Assembly (NCBI GenBank): GCA_964016885.1 | Contig: OZ024746.1 | Coordinates: forward strand, 38,378,001 to 38,442,000 | DNA length: 64,000 nt | Origin: Eledone cirrhosa | Taxonomy: Eukaryota | Reading direction: 5' to 3' | The notes under the pieces: generated by a model | The model's database searches: none | What the model saw: only the letters and a program-made list of their open reading frames with translations | Told to the model about the DNA's origin: nothing | Position numbers and translations under genes: made by a program | Shown here: piece by piece, positions 16,454-30,408 of the stretch | Numbering within the stretch: the first letter of the stretch is position 1 | Layout: the number at the start of each line of letters is the position of its first letter

Positions 16454-16528
<75 letters not shown>

Positions 16529-16806
16529 ATTCTTGAATATGTAAGGTATTTATTTATTTATATTTGTCTAACTAAATGGTCGTATGTCAATTAAATGTTT
16601 CAATTATAATCCTTGTTAATCTTTTTTTTTTATATACACATTTTTTCTCCCTATATCTCTGCATCTCACTTCTCTCTCCTCCTATCTCTCTCTCTCTCTC
16701 GCTTTCTCTCTCTCCCTCCTATCTCTCTCTCACTCTCTCTCTTTTTTTTATTTATTTGAATTTGGCAAAGCCGACCATTAATCGCTCGTATACAGGATAC
16801 TGAGTG

Positions 16807-16905
16807 GCCAGTCTGCTGATATGCCAATCTGGCTGATCAGGGGGTCTGCTAATATGCAGATCTGACTATCCAGCCAGTCTGCTAAAGTGCAGATCAGGCC
16901 GATCA
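16807..16905. repeat. Three degenerate 33-bp tandem units
   Basis: GCCAGTCTGCTGATATGCCAATCTGGCTGATCA / GGGGGTCTGCTAATATGCAGATCTGACTATCCA / GCCAGTCTGCTAAAGTGCAGATCAGGCCGATCA. Confidence 0.7.
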
Positions 16906-16960
16906 GTCACTGTATATTTTAGAAAAATCATATATTTTCACTAGCTCTGACAGTTGGCAG

Positions 16961-17025
16961 GTAAACAGTACACTGTACTGATGAAGAGTAATAGCCAGAA
17001 ACATTAGTGTTGCAGTTCTGTTTAC
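16961..17025 (+). ncRNA. Degenerate hammerhead motif
   Basis: gtaaacag..actgta-CTGATGA-agagtaatagcca-GAAA-cattagtgt-tgcagt..ctgtttac. Stem I pairs well; stem II and the cleavage site are imperfect. Confidence 0.5.
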
Positions 17026-17127
17026 ATGCCACACAAGAGCAAGAATGGGGGGGGGCTCATTCTACTGACATGGATTTAAAAATGAGGGTTGTTTGCATTT
17101 TGCAAACGAATCGAATATTATTATTAG

Positions 17128-17295
17128 TATGAAAGGATGAAAGGCAAAGTTAACTTCGGCGGGATTTGAACCATTCTGAGTTCAAATCCCGCCGAAGTTA
17201 ACTTTGCCTTTCATCCTTTCGAGGTCGATAAAATAAAGTACCAGTAATACACTGGATAATTGCTGGCCTTGTGCCAAATGTAGAAACAATTATTA
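17128..17295 (+). mobile_element. tRNA-derived SINE fragment with inverted 5' portion
   Basis: B box GTTCAAATCCC then GCCGAAGTTAACTTTGCCTTTCATCCTTTCGAGGTCGATAAAATAAAGTACCAGT, resembling a repeat I recall as abundant in octopus DNA. About 17130-17171 is an inverted copy of about 17180-17220. Confidence 0.7.
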
Positions 17296-17344
17296 GTATT
17301 CGAAAAACTCAGATTACATTTATTGTATCCAGCCATGTAGAGCG

Positions 17345-17421
<77 letters not shown>

Positions 17422-19431
17422 AAGTTATATTTAAAATTGTTGGGTTACAACTAGTAAATATTTATAACTGATATAAAAGCACTCGACAAATACTTGGAGT
17501 ATATTTACAATATACGTTAAATAACAACTGCTTAGTTAAAAATATAGTATACAATTGTAATGTTAATACTGACTCTAATTCTTTTAACTACGTCGGTTCC
17601 ACATCGACGGAATTTAAACTTCGCTATAATAACCACAAGAATTCTTTCACAGATCCAAATAAAAAATCTTCAACGGCACTATCAGGCGTACTCTGGCAAC
17701 TTAAGCTAGATAACGTTAGATATTCGACGGCTTGGAATATAGTCTCAAGAGGGATTCCTTTTAATTCATCCTCTGAGACATGTGACCTCTGCGCAGAGGA
17801 GATATTCTTTATACTAAAATCTAAAAATTCCCTTAACCTACGGACAAATTTATTCAGTTGTTGCAAACAGATTAAACTCAACGTTTAAATATAAATTTAA
17901 ATTTAAAATGTAGTATATTTAGTTTGATTTATATTTATATGGGAAACTAGCCGATAAATTTTTGATTCCTAAATCTTTGATTCCTTCTTTTTACTCTCTT
18001 TTTATTTTTATATTATTTTTATTTTTATCTAAACATTCCTCATGAAAAATTAAGCTACCCTAAAAGCTGATGCTCCAAATTTTTGAATAAACCTTACACT
18101 AGATAAACTTCTGTATTAAATATAAGAACATATATAGACCTAATTGGACATCATAATCTTTTTGAAATGATCTTTGATAGATGTGATTTGATGGATAATT
18201 TTTGGCTTTGTCTTGTAAAGAACTTGGCAATATATTGTCAATTAACTTTGAAGGGTTGATCTTTGTGGTGTATTTTTATTTTTATTTTTATTTTTATTTT
18301 TATTTTTATTTTTATTATTGTAGTATTCTATATTTTCTATAATATTTTTTATTTTTTATTTTTTATTTTAATTGTATTTTTTTTATTTATTATTTTTTTT
18401 TTTATTGTACTTTTAATATGTAAATTTTTAATACGTAATTTTTAATACGTAGTATGCTTAATATATATTTTTATTATGTAATATTCTTTCGTAATATTTT
18501 TATTTTTTAATTTTTTTAGTGTTCTATTCTATATTTTTACTTATTATTATTATTGTTATCTTTTATTTTTAGTTTTGTTTATGATATATATTGTTATTAG
18601 TATATTGAAATCTGCTCTCTACTTCTGCTTGATAGATAATCTGGTAGAGTAATGACATGAATAATAATACACATATTTGTATGCTCAAATTTTTATACCA
18701 CATTGAGAACGTTTTCCGTGAACTTAGAGTTTGCAGAGTGAATCAGTTAGATTCGCATGGATGTTTGTAGCTGTCACATAAACATATGAATTTTTTTTAA
18801 AACTAAACATAAGATAATTAATTTTCACACATTATAGATACTTGTCTCATTCAGGAATACTGATATTTACAATATAGTGTAAGTTTTATATAAATATTAA
18901 TACATTAAAACATAGGGTTTTTACGCCTCGAATATATCTGGCTATTTTTAAATTTTTTTCTCTCGCTATTTTTTTCCTCTCTCTATATTTTTTTCCTCTC
19001 CTCCTCTCTCTATATTTTTTTCTCTATATATATATATCTCCCTTACATTAATACTTGAGCTAAATAAATAAATAAATAAATAAACGTATCATTGATACAT
19101 TTACTCAAAATGACCTCCCACTACCTAATTTTCTATATATATATATGTATCTATCTCTATTTCCTCTCTCTCTATATATATATATATCTTTCTGTTTCTT
19201 TACATGAAGTTCTTCGCTTTATCTATCTTTCCATCTCTCTATTTTGTTCCATGCATTTCCTCTTTCTCTTCTTTTTCTTCCTTTTCTTCGTTTTCTGTCT
19301 TTCTTTCTGTTTTCTCTCTTTTTCTTTCTCTCTGTGTAAAATTTTTTTCACAGCCAGAGTAAACCTCTTCAAATGAAGTCGGTGTTATAACGGTATGTCA
19401 AACCTATTTGTCTATAAAACTGTTTATATTG

Positions 19432-19495
19432 TATTTTGTCTGATGAAGGCATAGCATATTGTTAATATGATATCCCCGAAATATATATAATGAAA
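19432..19495 (+). ncRNA. Degenerate hammerhead motif
   Basis: CTGATGA (19440)-agg..catatt-gtt-aatatg..ccc-GAAA (19478)-tata-TA; stem I weak. Confidence 0.5.
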
Positions 19496-19555
19496 TAAAT
19501 ATGGTTTTATAAATATAGTTTTCATTTAATATTGTATATATATATATATATATAT

Positions 19556-19626
<71 letters not shown>

Positions 19627-21353
19627 TGTGTGTGTATTGATTAACAAAAACTAGCAGCGAACCACCCTTCGGGTGGTTTGCTCTTAGCATGTGTAGTGTG
19701 TATATTGATATTATACACAAATATATATGCATGTAAATAAAACCGTAATTTACAATATACACAGAAATTGAACGAAGTCTGTGTTACACTGTCTTCTGTA
19801 ATCAGTAATGTAATCCATGATACATTTTAAAAAAAGACGATATTATATATAATCTGCATTAGGAGAAAATTAGTGAGGGAAATATATGCGATTATACCGG
19901 AAGTGTTGACATTTGACAATTTTAAAGAAGTGAATCTTTAAATAAGCTATAAAATATATTTAATCAACAGCCACGAAATTTAGTAGATAAATTATATAAT
20001 ATTCATTCATTATTTATTTAAAGTAATCCAACTTATTTTACAAACGGGGTAAAAAAATATATTCTGGATGCAGTCCCGCACTCCTTTCTTTAATTATAGT
20101 TAAAATATACACGTTTAATTTATGTACAATAAAATTTGGGATGTAATCATCTGTCACCAGATATTGGTGTCAGGTTGGAAATAGTGCAAATATAAGAGTG
20201 AATTAAAGTATTAATGAGAAATAACATTGTCAGTATTTGTATCGAGTCTGATAGAGAAAGAGAAGCTAATAAAGAAGACAAAGTGTATGTATTCATCTGC
20301 ATGTATGTGTGTATTTTCTATGTGTGATGGTGTGCGCCCGCGCGTGAGTGTGCAATTTAATTAGTTTCGTTTCGAGGATCACAGGTGAAATTGATGCCAT
20401 TGTCATTGGGCTGAAATTCATGGAAATCTGCCGCTACAGGAAAGATGTATGCAGGGAAAGCATATCAGCGGGATATTGTCTGCGCGTAGGAATTGATACT
20501 CGGTTTTGGTGATGATACAGTATGGGTCACATGAGAAGCAGTGTAAAGGGAAGCGAGAATAACTGATGAATAGGGACCAATGATAAGCCTGCTCTGACGA
20601 ACAGGCGCCATTCTAGTGAAGAGAAAAGAGGCAAAAAGGAGAGAGAAGTCATATGTTGGGGAGATTCCATGTTATTAATAGGCAAGCTTATTTTTGGATG
20701 AGCTTTAGATTGACTATGTACGTAACAGCAACAGCATCTTAAATATTCTGAACTTTGTAGAAGATTCGTAGGTTTCTGAAGTGAGTGTCAGTTTTTGAGA
20801 TAAAGTATTTACTATGTTAGGGATGTGTATTTGCCACTAGGTATCGTAAACGTTCGTGATGATTGTAGTTGCGTGCTGTTCCTGTAAAGCGAGGGGTCGA
20901 TGATGTTTTCTTGATATGTGTAATGTGTAATACCTTTTTGATTTTCTAGGAAACAAGATTGGTATGACCCCCGTTGGTGGATGTTTTCGATGTCTCAGTT
21001 CCTATGTTTTTGTATGCGTGTATGTGTTCTCGAATGTGAATGATTGGGTTGCTGCATGTGAGTGTATAGGTTTGGTTGCATGTATGTCTTTGGGTTGTAT
21101 AATTTCAAAGAATATATTTTATCATGGTAGGGGAAGAAAAAAAGAAGAAAAATAGCAGGAATAAAGGAAACGTAGTGAGAAATAGAGAGGAAAAAGGAAA
21201 ACGATAAGACAGGAAAAAAAGAATAGTGAATAGTGAATGCAAGAAGAATGAGATGAAAGATTAAAGTCTTAAAGTGAGTAAACAATAAAATGGAAAGAAT
21301 AAATAGATAAATATACAAATAGATATATACAGCAAAAAGCAAGTGAATAACAT

Positions 21354-21444
<91 letters not shown>

Positions 21445-21469
21445 TGCATGTATATATATATAACCCACG

Positions 21470-21518
<49 letters not shown>

Positions 21519-21819
21519 AAATATACGTGTATGCATTTGTGTATGTGTGTGTGTGTGTATAGGAGTATGAGGGAAGGTCTGAAACACATGCAGTGAAAAT
21601 AGGAGGTGAAAAGCAAGCATATAAAAACAATTCGGTTAGATACATTAAAGAGCTTCGCTGCGGGCAGTAAGATGCTTAACAATCACAGAAAGAGGGAGAT
21701 GGTGGTGGGGCAGAGCAAGATTAAAAAATAGAGAAGGAGAGATTATATTACGTTAAAGGGAAAGAGACAAGGGAGATAAATAACTAGAAATGCACGCACA
21801 CATATACAAGCAACAGTAA

Positions 21820-21885
<66 letters not shown>

Positions 21886-21937
21886 TTTCTGAATTTGTTT
21901 AGCAAGATTCTTTATCTGAAAACGTGTTGAAACCGAT

Positions 21938-22110
21938 ATTGTTATGCTTTGGGAGGGTCATGTTGCCATTAAGAAACACACTCACCAGTTGCGTTCACTT
22001 CAATTTATTATAAATTAAATTTATAAATTTAATTTATAATAACTTGAAGTGAAACCGACTGGTGCGTGTGTTTCTTATTGGCAACATGACCCTCCCAAAG
22101 CATAACAATA
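21938..22110. mobile_element. Fold-back insertion; family also at 24849-24890 and 56165-56302
   Basis: TATTGTTATGCTTTGGGAGGGTCATGTTGCCA and its reverse complement. The same terminal motif recurs next to (TA)n at three loci. Confidence 0.7.
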
Positions 22111-22172
22111 TATATATATATATGTATATATATAATATATAAGAACAGAAGATGGTTAAAGGAGTTCCATGT

Positions 22173-22241
22173 ATTTTATTATGCGCATTTCAAAAACAAA
22201 CATCATCATGCAATAATATTTGTGTTTTCATCAGATAAAAC
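22173..22241 (-). ncRNA. Type I hammerhead ribozyme at the Penelope 3' end
   Basis: Minus: gttttat-CTGATGA-aaacacaaatattattgcatgatgatgtttgttttt-GAAA-tgcgca-TA-ataaaat. 7-bp stem I, palindromic stem III TGCGCA. Confidence 0.8.
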
Positions 22242-23059
22242 AGGAGGACATGATATGAAGGCTAAAAAACACTTGTGGCTAGTGCAGTTTTAAATCAACA
22301 TATGAGAAGTAGTTTTAGATTGATGTGTGATATTGAGAAAAATATTTTATTTAGAGGTGGGGGGTGGAAAGGATGAAAAAAGAGGAGGAGATGAGAGTGA
22401 AGGTGGAGAGGGAGGAATATAATGAGTAAGGATGAGATAGGATAGAGAGAGAGAGATAGTTTTTATAACTGAGAAAGATATATTGTTTTACATAGAGAGG
22501 TTGAAAACCGTTGGAAGATAATGTATAAATTAAAAGAATTTGAAAATTAACGAAGAAGGAGAGGGAGTTAATATGTATTGAGAATAATGAGTTTGATGAT
22601 AGAGAGAAGAGAATAATGAATTGCGGATGAATATTCTAACGTCAAAAAAAGTGTGTATGTTTACAAGTATTATGGAAATTTGAAAATTAACGAAGAGAAA
22701 AAAATGTAAAGTTAAGGTTTGTATATTGAAGGATTTGAGAAAAATAATGTGAAGTTAAGGTTTGTATATTGAAGGAATTGATAATATGTGCGAAGAAAAA
22801 GTTAATATGTATTGAGAATTAGTTAGATGATAGGGAGAAAAAAATAATGAATTAAGGATGAATAATCTGGCGTCAAAACAAATGTATATGTTTACGAAGG
22901 ATTTTACAAGGTGAAAATAGAGTAAAGGTAATGAGTAAACAAGTATTATAGAGTGTATAATACCCTTTGAAATAAGGTAGGAAGATGGGTATATTTTAAA
23001 AGAGGTGTATGTATATGTGCCTTTGAGAAAAAGATTCTAAATTGATAAAGAATTGAATA

Positions 23060-24803
23060 TTAGCTGTATACTTTGTGAAATTTTTTATGGAATTTATGCA
23101 AGCAGATAGAAAACAAGTCAGTTCGTCTATTTATTATAGAATCTAGATTAGAGATAATGGTAAATTTTTCATTTAGGCAGAGATTGCAGATTTTAGATAT
23201 AGAACTGTTCAAGTATGAAGACGCAGAAGAAACCTTCTTCCAAAAGATGGTATATTTAATGTTTTTGTCTTTCAAGGACCATGTGAGTTCTGAGAGAGCC
23301 GTGTTGGTTCTTTTAAGTTTGTACTTAAAAGATGAATGATGATTATAGAGACGAGCTTTAAAAGAGGTGGAAGTGGAGCCAAAATAGGTGAAGGAATTGG
23401 TGTTAGTTATAACTTTACATTCATAAATTAAGTTTTTATCAAGACAATGGTTGTTGAGAGGACATTTATTTTTAATAGGGCAATTGCAATTGCAATTAGA
23501 GAGATTATTAATGAGTGACCTAGTGTTATCTATAGAAGGAATTGGATTGGAGAAGTTGTTTGCGATAGGAATAATAGTTTCTTGATTTAGAGTTGGATTA
23601 TGAACATTTAGCGAAGTTGTGTTTGACGTTGTATTTGGGTTTGCAGAAATTAGCCTAGGGTTTACAATGACGTCGGGAGTACTATTACTATTATTATGAA
23701 ATTCAGTGTTGGAAGGAAGAGATTTAGTATTTAGTATTTTATTGTTGTGTTTAGAGATAATGTTGGAAATATTGGAGGATGTAGAATAAGAAAATTTTAT
23801 GGTGTGTTTGTTAAATATTTTACTATAGATATGTGAGGGAGGGAAGCATTTATTTAAGGCACTAAAGAATAATTTAGGAATATTGTTATTAATAGAGATG
23901 GAGAAAGGAGCATTATACCAGATTATGTTTTGTATCTAGGTCTTTTATTAAAGTTATTGGAATGATCATGATTAATTATTCTACTGTAAGTTCTTCTAGA
24001 ATTTGTTTCTTTACTATATTTGATTTTATCAGGATAGCCGGCTTTAGAAAGTGCGTTATTATAGTAATTGGCGTTAGCATCAAATATTTTTTATTAGAAG
24101 ATAGGTTAGATATTCTTTTTCCAATATTACTAACTATAGCATTCTTGATATTAGTAGGATGGTTAGATTTAAAGTTAACATAATTTAGGTTCTCATTGTT
24201 TTTATGGTAAGTGTAATATAGGCCAGTGTCAAGATTAAGAGATACATCCAAGAAATTAGCTAGTTTGATACTGCTATCAAATTCAATTTTTAGGTTATGT
24301 TGGTTAAAGAGATTACGTATATTGTTCTTAATAATATTAAGGTTAACTATATTGCAATTTAAGATAGTAAAGAGTCCATCGTCACGATAAATTCCACCGC
24401 GAAGTTGAAGAATTTTCCGACTCAAAGAGTTCAAAATAAAGATACCAATTAAATCAGTCAATTGGGATGAATCGGATGCTCCCATTGTGATGTCGAAGTT
24501 GTTAGAGGTATCGGCTCTGGTCCAATATTCGTTGTTGAACTCTAGGATGGTTTTACGTGCGGTGAGAATGATGTGAAGTTCATCTGTGGTGATGTCAGAA
24601 TATTTAAGTGCGAAAGATAGAGCATTATTGAGAAGTGAAGGCGAAATGGAGGAATAGTAGCTGGCAATATCAAATTGAATAAATTTTAGTTTGTTTTTAT
24701 TATTCAATTTGTTGAACCAGCCAATCACTTCAGAAGTACCAAACCATAAATTTAGGGTCAAAGAAGAGCAATTAGAACGAACCTGTGGGATAATTCTATC
24801 CAA
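23060..24803 (-). pseudogene. Penelope RT plus GIY-YIG endonuclease, frameshifted
   Basis: QFDIASYYSSI, ITMGASDSSQLTDL, GIYRDDGL, NFLDVSLNL (23976-24803). Hand translation downstream gives IIWYNAPF...KIFNKHTIKFSYST, LIYECKV...YFGSTSTSFKARLYNH and CNLCLNEK. Confidence 0.9.
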
Positions 24804-24811
24804 GATGGCTT

Positions 24812-24855
<44 letters not shown>

Positions 24856-24894
24856 ATACTTTGGGAGGGTCATGTTGCCAATTCAGAAACGAAA

Positions 24895-24929
<35 letters not shown>

Positions 24930-24968
24930 TTATATATATATATGTGTATATACATATATGTATATATA

Positions 24969-25100
<132 letters not shown>

Positions 25101-25134
25101 CACATAAATATATGTGTGTGTGTATATATGTATG

Positions 25135-25197
<63 letters not shown>

Positions 25198-25208
25198 GTG
25201 AGTGCTAA

Positions 25209-25250
<42 letters not shown>

Positions 25251-26123
25251 TGTTAGTGTGTTCATCTACACACACACACACATGCAGTATGCAGAGAATT
25301 AAGGATTCATATATAGAATCAATATAATATTTATTATAATGGACACTGTTTACATCGAAGTTTCGCCAACAACGCCTTGTAACTCCAAGTAAACAGTCAC
25401 AATGAATAACAAATGTTATGATGCATGTATATTTATAGAGAATACAAAGACACGACACGCACACACACAAACACCTCCTCCCCCACCCACCAATATATAT
25501 ATATATATTTACCTAAACTGCGATTATCTGTTTCTCTCTTTCTCTCTTACTGCTCCCCCGTTCGCTCTGTTTCTCTTACCTTCTTTCGTCCCCTCTGTCA
25601 GTTAACACTTTCTCTCGACTGACCTCTTCCTCGCACTTCCACTCACTCACTCTCTGTTTCTCCCCTTCTCACTTCCTCCCGTTCGCTAGGAGTGGGATTC
25701 TTTATTTCTCACATCCCATTTAGAGCGAAAGGTCTGTTTTCTGAGCGCTCATGAAATTCACCCAGCTTATGCTGATCGGATAACCATGTTGCTTGTTTTT
25801 CTTCCCATCATCGGTTCGCTTTTCCTTCTATGTTGCTTACTTGTCTCACTCGCTTTACGCGACTCACTTGTCCCAAAAGCTTATTTTAGTTATTGCTCGC
25901 ACCAACCTGAGGTATATGATTTTTAATGCGATGAAATACCAATGATCGTTGGCAAATCACTGATGAGGGACTAATTTTATAATATGTAATCCACGTGCAA
26001 CCATGCAGTATTCTTCTCCCCATGTTTTTCATATATATATATATATATGTATACAACAAAGAGGATGTGGTAAGATACCAGGTGGGCCATAATGCCCCAG
26101 AGTAGTCGATACTTGTGGTAGTA

Positions 26124-26250
26124 GAGTGGGTAATATGAAAAGATTCAGGATCCCGACTGCTGAGCTCAGACCATTTCGATAGCTAGATCCAAACTGAGAT
26201 CGGATCTAGCTGTCGAAACGGCCGGAGCTCAGCCGTCGGGGTCCTGAATC
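26124..26250. mobile_element. Short fold-back insertion with GAAA-CGGCCG (hammerhead 3' half-like)
   Basis: GAAAAGATTCAGGATCCCGACTGCTGAGCTC...GAGCTCAGCCGTCGGGGTCCTGAATCTTTTC, about 55-bp arms. Confidence 0.5.
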
Positions 26251-26968
26251 TTTTCACATACATATATATATACATGTGTGGAGGATGTTTGAGATTTTCT
26301 TATTACGAAGTGTAAGAGAGACACGTTTCAAATGAAAACTTATTATGAAATAGTGTGGAGAGGGAAGAAACTCTCAGAGAAAAGTCCCCTCCCTTCAAGC
26401 AAGTATTTCGGCCCTTAACTTCTGGAATATATAGTTGACGTGATTTATCCTTATAAAAGAGTCATCTTAGAAAGAAGCTATTACATAAAATCCTATAGTA
26501 CAATCCCATTTAAAGTCTAGCCATCTTTCTCTTATAGTGTTGACAAGCAGTACCTTCGGCTATCTTCAGCTATTTATCTCCTAAGACAACATCAACTTTC
26601 TATCTACCTAATTCTTATTCTCTCCATCTCTCCATCTATCTTTCTGTCCATCTATCTGTCTGGCTGTTTATCTATCTATCTCTGTCTAGCACTGTTTCTC
26701 TACCTCTATCCATATTACTCTATTATAAGATAGATAAATTTCTATTTATTTGCCACGAGGGCACAAAAGAAGGGGACATTTACACAGTGGGGGAGTTTAC
26801 ATAAATCGAGTAAAGAAAAAAGGAATAACAATAATAATATAACAATAAAAAGTCCTCAAAAGGGAGGGGGCGTGTTGGGGATTGCACATACCCCCGAAAA
26901 GTGTGCAACTCTTTTCGCGGGGGAAGCCCAGAGAGGAGGCGCTCCCCCTTTCCTCTTCACTTCTTCAC

Positions 26969-29900
26969 CTACAGAACAATGTAGAGAGAAGGCCCATTTA
27001 CACGGGCCATTCTCGCTTCTTTCACCCACCTTTCATAAAACTGTCTGGGACCAAGCACTTCTCTCTCCATCCTGATCCTTCTTCCGAAGTGGTATCGGAA
27101 GAAGTAAACCAGGTGATGGCCGGAGAGAAAGTCACCCGACCTCAGACCTTTCAGGCGCGTCCACCACACAACCTCTTTCATCATGGCTATTACGCACAGA
27201 AAGACCGCCTCTGCTTCATTTCTGAAGGGAGGAGGCGGCTTGATGTTCACCACAGACTCGGCGGTTAATCGAATCGGCGCCACACGCGACAGCAGTCGTT
27301 CGACGTAGCCCCACAGATCGGCAACGCCCGTGCAGTGTACCAGTGCATGCGCAACGGTTTCCTCGTCGCGCACGCATCTGGGACAGATCTTTTTCACGGG
27401 ATCCCTGCCCGGGCGCCCGTGTCTGTAGAGCTTTTCTCGAACGGGCAGAGCCCCCCGGTAACACTGCCAGGCTAGGGACCTCTGGAAGTTGTCCATGGGT
27501 CCCGGGCCGAAAGTTCTACCGAACAGGCTGGCCAGTTCGTCCTCCTCCATGCCTAGCGACTCTCCAAGGGTGTCGTCGCCCCTGCTAGCCACCAACCCTC
27601 TATAGAATGTCGAGGTGGATTCTCCACTGACAGTCGGGTCCGCTTGCCAGATAGCCGTGAGCGCCTGGGCACACTCGGTGTGCCAGTTGCCCAGTTTTCT
27701 CGGTCTTTGCTTCACCCAGGATTGCAGTTCGGTGAGCGAGACGAGCTGTGGGAAGGCTCGCCTCACAAACGGGGCCCACACCGGCTGACCGTTGAGGAAT
27801 ACCTGTAGATGCCGTAGCCTCAATGCGTGCTTACGCATCAACAGCCACGGCATACCCAGCCCTCCTTTCGAAGGGTGCTGGCAGCAGATGGATCTCCTCA
27901 CCATGGGAGGCCGCTTCTTCCAGAGGAACTGGAAGAGCATGCGTTCCATGATGGTGAGCTTTTCCTTGGGGCAAGGCACGACGGTCAGGCGGTAGTAGAT
28001 GACGGACGCTATGTAAGCGTTCGTCACCTCCGCCCGACCTTTCAGTGATAGTTTGCACTTGGCCCACTTCTGGGTCAGCGCAAACACCCTGCTCGTCACC
28101 TCGCCCCAATTCTTCTCCACCTGGAGGTCCGGTCCGAACCAGACCCCGAGCAGCTTCACCGGGCCCTCCGTCCACCGCCCGACGACACCGTCTAACGGCA
28201 TCGGTTTGCCCCTCCACGTTCCGAGTTGCAAACCGACTGACTTGTCCTGGTTCAGCTTAGCCCCCGTCAGCCTTTCGTATTCCTCCAGTAGGGTGGCGAT
28301 CGCTCCGATTTCCGAGGCGTCCGCCACCATTACTGTTACGTCGTCGGCATAGGCCGAGACCACTTTGTGCAATCCCGGTTCCAGGGGTATGCCCCCGCAG
28401 CAACTCCAACTTCCGCAGCAGTGGCTCGAGAGTCAATACGTACAGAAGGGAGGAGAGGGGGCACCCCTGTCTGATGGATCGGGTGATTTGAAACGGCTCC
28501 GAGAGGTAGCCGTTTACTTTAATCCTAGAGTAGATGTTGCCACTGTGCATGGCAGAAATCCAGCCCCTGAAAATGGGTCCGAAGCCCGCCGCCGCTAGCA
28601 CCGCATCCAGGTAACCATGGTCGACCCTATCGAACGCCTTAGATTGATCCAAGTTGATCAGGGCCCCACCAAAGCCGGGTTCGTAGCCAACCCTCTCTAT
28701 GATGTATCGCATGAGGTGGAGGTTGTCGTGAATGGACCTGGACGGGATAGCGCATGTCTGCGCGTCTCCCACCAAACCACCCACCACAAGCGCCAACCTC
28801 TTCGCCAACACCTTGGCCAAAATCTGTAACTCTGCATTCAGCAGAGTTATGGGCCTAAAGTTACTTAAGTCGTCCCCCTTGCTCTCGTCCTTCCTCACTA
28901 GCGTGACCACGCCCTTGGTCACAGAACAGGGAATTCTCCCGTTCTGTTGCCAGTTGCAATAGACAGCCTCGAGGAGTTCGGAGAACAAGACCGGCATAGC
29001 TAAATAAAGTTCGTATGGTAGACCATCGAGACCCGGGGATTTGCGTCTGCTGCATTGGCTGAGCGCTTCCCCGATTTCAGTGGCTGTGATTGGCCTTTCG
29101 CAGCACTCCGCTTCGCCGCTCGAAAGACACGGTAGACCGTCGAGGTATGGACCGAAGTCCACATCCCCGTCCGGCCCCCCGCCACCTCCGAACAGTCGAG
29201 CAAAGTGCCTTTGAAAGGTCTCGCACATTCGCTCAGGTTCAAGGATCACCCGTCCATCCTGGTCTCGCAAAGACCGAATGGTGGATTTAATCCCACTCTT
29301 GGCTTCTGTCACGCGGGCCCAGCTAACAGCTTTGGTCCCCTCGTTTCCTAAAGCACGTATTTTACTTCGGACAACGCAGCCTTCGTGCTTCGCGTCAAAG
29401 AACTGGCTCAATGCCGTTCTCGTCGCTAACACTCTGGCTACGTCTCCGCTCCTAATCGCCTCTTCTAGTTTATCTGTTAACTCCCTTTCCCTCCTATTTC
29501 TATTCGCCGCTAGTTCCTTACTTTAACCTATCGAACTTACACTAATCTCTCTCTTTAGAGATATCCACCACCTACTGTTGACGATCGCTCCCGTCAGCCG
29601 CATCTTAACTAAGCTACTAATCCGGTTTCTGTAATCTTTCTTTGTCGGTAAGGACAAGTTCATCTTCCAGTAACCGGGACCCTGTCTATGCGTTCTATCA
29701 AGGTTGACCACGCAGGTCACTAATTTGTGATCTGAATAGCCAACCATGATCAGTTCTGGACAACTAAATACGTCCCTATCCTTACTCCTAACCAAAAACC
29801 TATCTAGGTACGATCTAGATTGTCCACTGCGGTTTGCCCAGGTCCAGGTTGGCGCAGTTGGACAATCTAGTCGAAATCTATCGACCAGGTCGAATCGATC

Positions 29901-30403
29901 GAGTAACCCCTTGAGGCTGCTACACCCCCCTCTATCGGGACATGCCCCTGCATAGTCCCAACGCGCATCTAGGATTCCATTCCAGTCCCCCACTAAAAGC
30001 AGGGAACGCGACGTTCCTAGAAAAGTCTCCAGACGCTGGAAGAAGTCGGCTCTTTCCGCCCCGAAGGGAGCATAAAGACCGACCAGTCTGAAAGCCCCGC
30101 CTTCACCGCCTCCGACGTCCAGCACCAGTAATCGACCCCCCGGGTCCGAGTGAACAATCTGTACGTCGAGAGTCAGACGTTTATCCAGCAGTACGGCAAC
30201 TCCCCCCCCCCCCCGCCTCCGGGTTGACAGAGAGATGCGTGCATCTCAAAGTCATCGAAGGCGGGCGCCAGCTGTCTCACGCTGCTGATCCGACTCTCGC
30301 AAACAACCATCACATCTATACTTTGTGACCTGAGGTCACTTAGAAGCTTTGCTTGCTTCCAAGCTGAGCCCAGGCCACGCGCGTTCAAACAGCCAACTCT
30401 CAA
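26969..30403 (-). pseudogene. ORF2 of copy A (APE endonuclease-reverse transcriptase), interrupted
   Basis: Fragments 30173-30403, 29523-30125, 28257-29432 and 26969-28372. Stop at 29523, extra C near 28392, 13-C run at 30202-30214. Confidence 0.92.
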
Positions 30404-30408
30404 TTGAT

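Larger units (their letters stand above)
22140..24812 (-). mobile_element. Penelope-like retroelement, 5'-truncated, between (TA)n tracts
   Basis: RT, linker, GIY-YIG, long pyrimidine-rich 3' UTR and terminal hammerhead, all on the minus strand. Confidence 0.9.

Noticed and set aside
17624-17881. 85-aa ORF as a host exon
   Set aside because: No recognisable domain or supporting splice context.
25955-26015. CTGATGAGGGA...TCC as a hammerhead
   Set aside because: GAAA is absent (GCAA) and stem I is not supported; at most a decayed remnant.
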